IMG/VR virus record: IMGVR_UViG_3300032227_001252
Strand: one strand, 5' to 3'
From: an uncultured virus (IMG/VR IMGVR_UViG_3300032227_001252)
Taxonomy: Duplodnaviria > Heunggongvirae > Uroviricota > Caudoviricetes
DNA: 51,965 nt
Under the pieces are notes generated by a model that saw only the letters and a program-made list of their open reading frames with translations, had not been told where the DNA came from and did no database searches. Below, piece after piece: positions 46,703-51,965 of this stretch. The position numbers and the translations under genes were made by a program. Numbering within the stretch: position 1 is the stretch's first letter; every line of letters begins with the position of its first letter.

Positions 46703-46890
46703 GCGTTGACTTCGAGCCAGAGCTAGAGGTGGGCCGCGTCAACCGCGGCGGTTCATGGATCCTCACAGCGGGCCTCGCGAGGGCTGAGTACGGCAGCTGG
46801 AACCGCCCCGGCCGCCGCCACGACCTCCTCGGCTTCCGGCTCGCCCGCAACATCAACCACGAAGGAGAGCAACATGAGAAAGAAGGCTGA
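46687..46890 (+). CDS. FGE/CLec mini-protein (1 unit, DGR VR-like)
   Basis: GRVNRGGSWILTAGLARAEYGSWNRPGRRHDLLGFRLAR. Confidence 0.8.
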   Translation: MPEELSVDFEPELEVGRVNRGGSWILTAGLARAEYGSWNRPGRRHDLLGFRLARNINHEGEQHEKEG

Positions 46891-47152
46891 GGTCATCGCG
46901 GAGGAGCAGAAGCTCTTCGACCAACTCTGGTACGCCCGACACATGACGATGGAGATGCCCGCGCATGTCCCCGAGGACATCGTGGAGAGAGCTGAGGCCA
47001 AGGCTCGGCAAGTGGAGAAGGAGTATTCGCAGGAGCACCTGGACGGGATCCAGCACGACGAATACGAGGTGGGCGTGCTGCACGGCAAGATCATGGCCGT
47101 ACGCTGGATGCTCGGCATGAACTGGGAAGAAGACGGCATTCTGGACAGCTGA
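46874..47152 (+). CDS. hypothetical protein
   Basis: AAGGAG RBS; G.L.GK..A.RW.LG..W motif. Confidence 0.75.
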   Translation: MRKKAEVIAEEQKLFDQLWYARHMTMEMPAHVPEDIVERAEAKARQVEKEYSQEHLDGIQHDEYEVGVLHGKIMAVRWMLGMNWEEDGILDS

Positions 47153-47178
47153 ACAACAACCCGTAGGAGAGCAAGAAG

Positions 47179-47802
47179 ATGAGTATGCGACTGATGTTCG
47201 TGGAAATCGCGGAGAACCTCGTCACGAACGCGGAGTACTGGGCGTTCTGCGACGCTACCGGCCGAGACAAGGGCAAGACCGTGGGCGGCCGCCCGAAGCA
47301 GCCCGTCACCAACGTGTCCTGGTACGACGCGATGGACTACGCCTGCTGGAAGTCGGAGCAGGACGGCATCCCGTGGCGGCTGCCGCTGGAGGAGGAGCTC
47401 AAGGAGGCCGAGCGCCTGATCCCCGAAGACGCCGACTTCTCTGCATGGCCGCTGAAGGAGCTCCCGGACGTGGGGATGCACCCGGAGACGACCAACAGCC
47501 TCGGCCACAATGACCTCGTCGGGGTCGTGTACCAGTGGACGATGCGTCCCGAGGACAAGACCAAGTACGACAAGGCCTGGTCGGAGTACGTGGAGCGGCG
47601 CACGGCGGCGGATGCCGACTGGAGGTCGGTTCAACCCCGACCCGAGCACCACTTCGGACTCGAGCGCGGACAAGAAGTGACTCGCAGCCTGTTCGGCTCC
47701 ATGGTCGATTACCCCAGCCAAGGAGAGATGTGGGAGATGATCCTCTGGCCAGCCGAGAGCCGAAGGTACAGCGCTCTCCGACTGACCCAGGCGCTCACAT
47801 GA
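47179..47802 (+). CDS. degenerate FGE-sulfatase (SUMF1/CLec-fold) domain protein
   Basis: VTNAEYWAF, QPVTNVSWYDAMDYACW, WRLPLEEE, NSLGHNDLVGVVYQWT, ends SALRL. Confidence 0.85.
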   Translation: MSMRLMFVEIAENLVTNAEYWAFCDATGRDKGKTVGGRPKQPVTNVSWYDAMDYACWKSEQDGIPWRLPLEEELKEAERLIPEDADFSAWPLKELPDVGMHPETTNSLGHNDLVGVVYQWTMRPEDKTKYDKAWSEYVERRTAADADWRSVQPRPEHHFGLERGQEVTRSLFGSMVDYPSQGEMWEMILWPAESRRYSALRLTQALT

Positions 47803-47966
47803 AGGGGATTCACATGGAGCCGACAGGCGGCAAGATGTCCCGAGAGAAGGTGTGCGGCAGCGTTACCCAGTCGAGTGTGAAAGTGATGACCACTCTCACC
47901 CTGCAGCGGTGCGTCGGCGACGCCGTAGGAATCCGCCTTGTGAGACAGGGGTGTCAGGATGGCTGA
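47799..47966 (+). CDS. FGE/CLec mini-protein (1 degenerate unit)
   Basis: ATGA overlap; VGIRLVR. Confidence 0.6.
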   Translation: MKGIHMEPTGGKMSREKVCGSVTQSSVKVMTTLTLQRCVGDAVGIRLVRQGCQDG

Positions 47967-48249
47967 GCTACGCCGTAAGTCTGGCATGTCCTACATCATG
48001 AGCGAGTGGGAACTTCGACACCGGAAACGGGGCGGGGTTCCCACCTACAACTTCACGCAGCCAGAGATGCCTGAGAACTCCAACAGCTTCTCGGGCTTCC
48101 GGATCGCTCGAGACACCATCGTGGAAGCCCGCGGGGGCTCATTCACCGACCTCCGGTCGGAGCTCGAGAAGGGAACAGTTGACAGCATGAGGCCTGATCA
48201 CACGTACTGGGATCAGGGTTTTCGAATGGCAAGAGACATCAAGGAGTAG
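47959..48249 (+). CDS. FGE/CLec mini-protein (2 units)
   Basis: SGFRIARD and RGGSF-x24-GFRMARD. Confidence 0.8.
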   Translation: MAELRRKSGMSYIMSEWELRHRKRGGVPTYNFTQPEMPENSNSFSGFRIARDTIVEARGGSFTDLRSELEKGTVDSMRPDHTYWDQGFRMARDIKE

Positions 48250-48252
48250 TTC

Positions 48253-48453
48253 ATGGCAGACAAAGTGGGCGGGGATGGGAGACGAGAGACGACTGGAGCG
48301 ATCTGGTACCTCGCGTTCACGCGCTCCCCGAACGGAACTCAGCCGAGTAAAGGGTGGCAGGCGGTGACGAACTGCGGAGCCATCGGCATCCGCCTGATGA
48401 ACGACGGGGCTAAGGCTCCACAGTGCTCAGGGAAGCCACCATCAGACGAGTAG
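48253..48453 (+). CDS. FGE/CLec mini-protein (1 unit)
   Basis: AAGGAG RBS; GAIW...IGIRLM. Confidence 0.65.
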   Translation: MADKVGGDGRRETTGAIWYLAFTRSPNGTQPSKGWQAVTNCGAIGIRLMNDGAKAPQCSGKPPSDE

Positions 48454-48457
48454 AAGC

Positions 48458-48646
48458 GTGTGGAGAGTCGTCGTGTGGAAGAACAAGATCGGATTCCCGT
48501 GGATTCTGACCGGAGCCTCGACCGGGAAGGTCAGTGCTGTCCCTGACTACGCTGACAAGTACACGGGCATCCGCCTCGTGCGTGAGTCCCTGAAAAGCGC
48601 CCCAGAGGAGAAGACCGATGAGCGACGACGACAAGAACTACCGTAG
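48458..48646 (+). CDS. FGE/CLec mini-protein (1 unit)
   Basis: GFPW...TGIRLVRE. Confidence 0.65.
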   Translation: MWRVVVWKNKIGFPWILTGASTGKVSAVPDYADKYTGIRLVRESLKSAPEEKTDERRRQELP

Positions 48647-49163
48647 TGCACGGGGTAGCGGGGACTCAGCGAAGTTCCCGTCTCCGGCCTTCACATCCAA
48701 AATCCTGGCAGACGCGCACTCGTCCGTGCTCGGATTCAGACTGACATACACCATAGGAGAAGAGATGAAAGCGCCCAACGACATGTACAGGAACCTTCAC
48801 ACGGAAACCTGGTCTCTGGTCGACCGCGACACAGGTCGCGTCGCCGAACACCCGCAAGAAGCCCTGATCCGAGACGCGAAGTTCGTCGTTCAGCCGGCTG
48901 GCAACAAGCGGGTGCGCGATGAGAAGAAGAAGCACGTCCACGCATTCGTGCGAGGCACCAACACTCCCGGCCAGCTTTCGGACATGCAGGCGGACATGAT
49001 GTCCAGCCCGAACTGGCAGCGGATCACCTACAACCCCTTCAAGCACACCACGTTCGTGCTCGCGGACTCCGAGACCCCCGTCGCCATGGCATCGGAAGTG
49101 CTGCTGACGTCGGACGGAAAGGCCTGGGCGAAGGGCGTGACGCTGATTACGGAGGAGACATGA
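48618..49163 (+). CDS. GFRL mini-unit fused in frame to a conserved phage protein (YRNLH...KKHVHAFVRG...YNPFK..TF)
   Basis: N-terminal 49 codons contain RGS...LGFRLT; internal ATG at 48765 has its own AGGAG RBS. Confidence 0.75.
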   Translation: MSDDDKNYRSARGSGDSAKFPSPAFTSKILADAHSSVLGFRLTYTIGEEMKAPNDMYRNLHTETWSLVDRDTGRVAEHPQEALIRDAKFVVQPAGNKRVRDEKKKHVHAFVRGTNTPGQLSDMQADMMSSPNWQRITYNPFKHTTFVLADSETPVAMASEVLLTSDGKAWAKGVTLITEET

Positions 49164-50989
49164 TCTACGGAAGCGTGTGCAGCGGCATCGAAGCCGCATC
49201 GGTCGCGTGGGAGCCCCTCGGCTGGACGCCCGCGTTCTTCAGCGAGATCAACCCCTTCTGCTCTCAGCTCCTCAAGCACCACTACCCGGCGGTAACGAAC
49301 CATGGCGACTTCACGAAGCTCATCTCCATCTACCAAGCAGGCGAAGGCCCGCAACTCGACCTCCTCGTCGGAGGCACGCCGTGTCAGTCCTTCTCGATCG
49401 CTGGACTGCGCGGCGGTCTTTCCGACGCTCGAGGAAGCCTTGCGCTCTCCTTTGTCCAGTTGGTCGCCGCTGCTCGTCCCCGATGGGTCGTCTGGGAAAA
49501 CGTCCCCGGTAGTCTGTCATCCGACGGCGGACGGGCTTTCGCTTCCCTCGTCGGGGGGCTTCAAGAACTCGGGTATGGCGTCGCCTGGCGGGTGCTGGAC
49601 GCTCAGTATGTCCGAGTGGACGGCTTTCCAAGAGCAGTCCCCCAGCGACGCCGGCGTGTGTTCCTTGTCGGACATTCTTCAGGAGACGTCCGACGTCCCG
49701 CAGCAGTTCTTTTTGAGCCCGAAAGCGTGCGCGGGAATCGTCCGCCGAGCCGCCGGTCGAGGCAAGACGTTGCCCGAGCCGCTGGGCACGGCTCTGAGGC
49801 AGGTATCCCAGACGTCTGCGGAACTCTCTCCGACGGAGCGCACCACGGAGGAGGACTGAACGGTCAGGACGCGTTCAGTGGGCGGATCATCCCCGTGCAG
49901 CCGATCCCCTACGACCTCCTGCAGGTGACCCACCCCCTCAACGCGCAGAACCGCTCCCCCGGGGATCCCTGCCACTGCCTGGCCAAGGACAACGCCGGCT
50001 CTGCGGCCATCGTGGAGACGTACCCGATTCAGGACTGCAGGGAGATCGAGAAGCACCAGAACGGTCTGGGAATCGGCAACGCGGGAGATCCTGCGTACAC
50101 GATCGACACCACCGGAGCTCAGGGGGTTGCTCATCGCATGCGAGTGCGCCGTCTGACGCCGTTGGAGTGTGAGAGGCTGATGGGCTTTGCACCATCCGAA
50201 GTGCGGGTTAGCATGTCGGCATGTTTCGACCCAGCAAGCAGCTCTGTTCGTGTGGATCTGAAATGTCGCAAGTCGCGAAGCAGTGCCTGGGCTGCAGACG
50301 CAGAAGGGTCAAAGCCCAATGCGTCATCTGCTCCTCCGAGTTCGAGCACCGACCTGGCAAGGTCAGAAGTACTTGCGGAAGTCAGTGTACTGCTGCAGTC
50401 CGACGCCTGGGAGGTAGAGACAAGCAAAGCAGGAAGGTCGCAGTTCGTTGCCAAGAGTGCGGGGCGGAACGGCTCGTCTCTCCCACCTACGCCAGCAGAA
50501 AGTTCTGCTCAACATCTTGCTCGGCTGCTGCGCACTCCGGAGATCGCAGCCCTGCTTGGAAGGGAGGCGTCACATCAGTTCACGATGCCTTCTACAACGG
50601 TCGGGAGTGGAAGCAGCGATGTCGAGAGGTCTGGGCAAGGGACTGCGGCAAGTGTCGCCGGTGCCTCGAGCGGCCGGACGAAGGCGAAGGACAAGTCCAC
50701 CACATCAGATCCTGGTCACTCTACCCCGACGAGCGACTCTCAATGGACAACCTTGTTCTGCTCTGTCTTGGATGTCATCGGTGGGTGCACTCTACAGCAA
50801 ACACTGAACGACTCTATCGAGGTTGAACTCGTAGTTCGTACGCCGTACACGGACATCCCCAAGACGCACAAGCGGCCTGTCGACGGCAACCGCTACAAGG
50901 CGCTCGGGAACTCGATCGCGGTCAACTGCATCCGCTGGCTCGGGGAGCGCATCGCGAAGGTGGACGCCATCCCGATGGAGGGAGCGTGA
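49160..50989 (+). CDS. DNA (cytosine-5)-methyltransferase with large in-frame insertion
   Basis: SVCSGIEA (I), GGTPCQSFS (IV), WENVPG (VI), QRRRRVF (VIII), RRLTPLECERLMGF (IX), RYKALGNS (X). Confidence 0.92.
   Translation: MIYGSVCSGIEAASVAWEPLGWTPAFFSEINPFCSQLLKHHYPAVTNHGDFTKLISIYQAGEGPQLDLLVGGTPCQSFSIAGLRGGLSDARGSLALSFVQLVAAARPRWVVWENVPGSLSSDGGRAFASLVGGLQELGYGVAWRVLDAQYVRVDGFPRAVPQRRRRVFLVGHSSGDVRRPAAVLFEPESVRGNRPPSRRSRQDVARAAGHGSEAGIPDVCGTLSDGAHHGGGLNGQDAFSGRIIPVQPIPYDLLQVTHPLNAQNRSPGDPCHCLAKDNAGSAAIVETYPIQDCREIEKHQNGLGIGNAGDPAYTIDTTGAQGVAHRMRVRRLTPLECERLMGFAPSEVRVSMSACFDPASSSVRVDLKCRKSRSSAWAADAEGSKPNASSAPPSSSTDLARSEVLAEVSVLLQSDAWEVETSKAGRSQFVAKSAGRNGSSLPPTPAESSAQHLARLLRTPEIAALLGREASHQFTMPSTTVGSGSSDVERSGQGTAASVAGASSGRTKAKDKSTTSDPGHSTPTSDSQWTTLFCSVLDVIGGCTLQQTLNDSIEVELVVRTPYTDIPKTHKRPVDGNRYKALGNSIAVNCIRWLGERIAKVDAIPMEGA
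49302..49859 (+). CDS. alternative-frame ORF inside the MTase gene, resembling the M.EcoHK31I beta polypeptide
   Basis: NSGMASPGGCW...SLSDILQ...FFLSPKAC.GIVRRA..RGK.LP.PL..AL; true start uncertain. Confidence 0.55.
   Translation: MATSRSSSPSTKQAKARNSTSSSEARRVSPSRSLDCAAVFPTLEEALRSPLSSWSPLLVPDGSSGKTSPVVCHPTADGLSLPSSGGFKNSGMASPGGCWTLSMSEWTAFQEQSPSDAGVCSLSDILQETSDVPQQFFLSPKACAGIVRRAAGRGKTLPEPLGTALRQVSQTSAELSPTERTTEED
50221..50826 (+). CDS. HNH homing endonuclease with Zn-finger repeats, nested in the MTase gene in another frame
   Basis: Multiple CxxC, KFCSTSC, PAWKGG, RDCGKCRRC, VHHI...NLVLLCLGCH..VH. Confidence 0.88.
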   Translation: MFRPSKQLCSCGSEMSQVAKQCLGCRRRRVKAQCVICSSEFEHRPGKVRSTCGSQCTAAVRRLGGRDKQSRKVAVRCQECGAERLVSPTYASRKFCSTSCSAAAHSGDRSPAWKGGVTSVHDAFYNGREWKQRCREVWARDCGKCRRCLERPDEGEGQVHHIRSWSLYPDERLSMDNLVLLCLGCHRWVHSTANTERLYRG

Positions 50990-51576
50990 ATCCAAAGCCT
51001 GACCCGGCCCGGATCGAGTACATGCTGCAGGAGCTTCTCGCCATCATCCACAGGGACGGCGGGCAGCATGTCGAAGCGAACGGACTGGAGAAGTCTTGGT
51101 CTGACGCCATCGACGTCCTGCACAAGATGCACGGCACGATACACGGCAACCACAACTACCGGGTCTTCTACGACAGCATGGTCAACCGCATCCTCGGGGA
51201 CTATGGCACTGCCATCGCTGCGGAAGGCCCGGTCATGGCAGGTGAGCTCGCGGTGGGTAAAGCGCAGACCGCTATCCACACCCTGCAGGAACTCAGGGCC
51301 GGGCTGATGATGGAGTACCGGCAGGGCTATCTCGATAACAACACACCAGACGTACAGCCCACCGCCCAGGGCATTATGGATGCGGTTCGCGCCATGCGGA
51401 AGGAGTCCGCGGAAGCGGCGGTCTTGTACGAGCGTGCGAGGGTCATCAACTGGCTGACCACCGGCCCCTCTGAACCGATTCTCGAACTCGCACACGCCAG
51501 CGAAGACAACCCGTACTTGTGGCTCTGCGTAGCCATCACGGAGGAGCGCCATGCCAAGGCGTCAGACACTGTCTGA
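50986..51576 (+). CDS. hypothetical protein
   Basis: GTGA overlap; ELLAIIHRDGGQH. Confidence 0.75.
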   Translation: MNPKPDPARIEYMLQELLAIIHRDGGQHVEANGLEKSWSDAIDVLHKMHGTIHGNHNYRVFYDSMVNRILGDYGTAIAAEGPVMAGELAVGKAQTAIHTLQELRAGLMMEYRQGYLDNNTPDVQPTAQGIMDAVRAMRKESAEAAVLYERARVINWLTTGPSEPILELAHASEDNPYLWLCVAITEERHAKASDTV

Positions 51577-51832
51577 ACTTGACCTCGAAGCGATCAAGAA
51601 CCGCCACCTGCGCCCCGAGCAGATGGAGCACCGAACCTTCTACGAAGGCCACATCGTCATCGACCTGGCCGCACTCGTGGAGGAGGTGGAGTACCTCCGA
51701 AAGGAGAGACCCGCCGTGGTGGCGTGGCTGCGCGGCCTACGGGCCATCGGACAGGGGCGCGAACTGTACCTCGTTCTGCGTTGGGCCGAAGCCATCGAAC
51801 GCGGCGAGCACCGCCGCGAGGAGAAGCCATGA
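51551..51832 (+). CDS. hypothetical protein
   Basis: GAGGAG RBS; VVAWLR...AIERGEH. Confidence 0.7.
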   Translation: MPRRQTLSELDLEAIKNRHLRPEQMEHRTFYEGHIVIDLAALVEEVEYLRKERPAVVAWLRGLRAIGQGRELYLVLRWAEAIERGEHRREEKP

Positions 51833-51878
51833 CCGAAGAACTGATCACGCCAGACCTCTCTACTCACGGAGCCTCACC

Positions 51879-51965
51879 ATGAACGTCCTACCCTTCCTCT
51901 TCCTCTTCCCCCTCGGCGTGGCCTGCGGCAGTGAGGATGGAAGTCTCGCCCTCTACACCAGTCCC
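51879..51965 (+). CDS. putative lipoprotein, partial (runs off the window edge)
   Basis: GGAG RBS; MNVLPFLFLFPLGVAC|G lipobox-like. Confidence 0.5.
   Translation, partial: MNVLPFLFLFPLGVACGSEDGSLALYTSP

Noticed and set aside
42511..48770. Complete DGR or CRISPR-like array
   Set aside because: No reverse transcriptase, Avd or Asn-rich template repeat in the window; the repeats are conserved as peptide, not as identical DNA repeats with spacers.
50189..50845. Intein in the MTase
   Set aside because: No Cys/Ser-initiated block A or terminal His-Asn, and the endonuclease is in a different frame.
1..51965. Alternative genetic code, tRNA genes
   Set aside because: Genes tile densely under code 11 with TGA, TAG and TAA all used as stops; no tRNA cloverleaf was recognised by eye (tRNAscan not run).

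Overview
The window looks like a segment of a large, high-GC (roughly two-thirds GC by eye, not computed) bacteriophage genome. No capsid, tail, tRNA, rRNA or CRISPR features are recognisable. (1) 1-4992 is a minus-strand cluster: five genes share an N-terminal basic/hydrophobic leader ending in (R/L)-x-N-P, and four intergenic gaps share a bipartite promoter-like motif, GCACT(C/T)C-N26/27-(G/C)TA(G/C)T(C/A)T. (2) 5164-8600 holds a DUF3987-like P-loop protein, a catalytically degenerate integrase-like gene, an RHH protein, and a non-coding block of palindromes and tandem repeats (origin or terminus candidate). (3) 8626-51965 is about 43 kb of tightly coupled plus-strand, mostly small genes. 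These include a MoxR-type AAA+ with a DUF2201/VWA partner, a DUF932-like protein, a DUF1281-like protein, a second large VWA protein, six paralogues starting N-x-T-(R/H)-Y-(N/R)-T-x-D, and a short motif (S/D/N)-P-L-x-x-L found in many unrelated proteins. The most striking element is 42511-48770: about 22 mini-genes carrying about 32 highly diversified copies of only the C-terminal RxxRGGSW-x24-GFRL segment of the FGE-sulfatase/CLec fold, the segment that diversity-generating retroelements (DGRs) hypermutate. One degenerate full FGE-domain gene sits among them, and no reverse transcriptase is in the window. Just downstream, a C5 DNA methyltransferase gene is read in three frames: it contains an overlapping ORF resembling the M.EcoHK31I beta subunit and a nested HNH endonuclease whose insertion leaves the MTase frame open. 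All family calls come from motif recognition by eye, not database searches.
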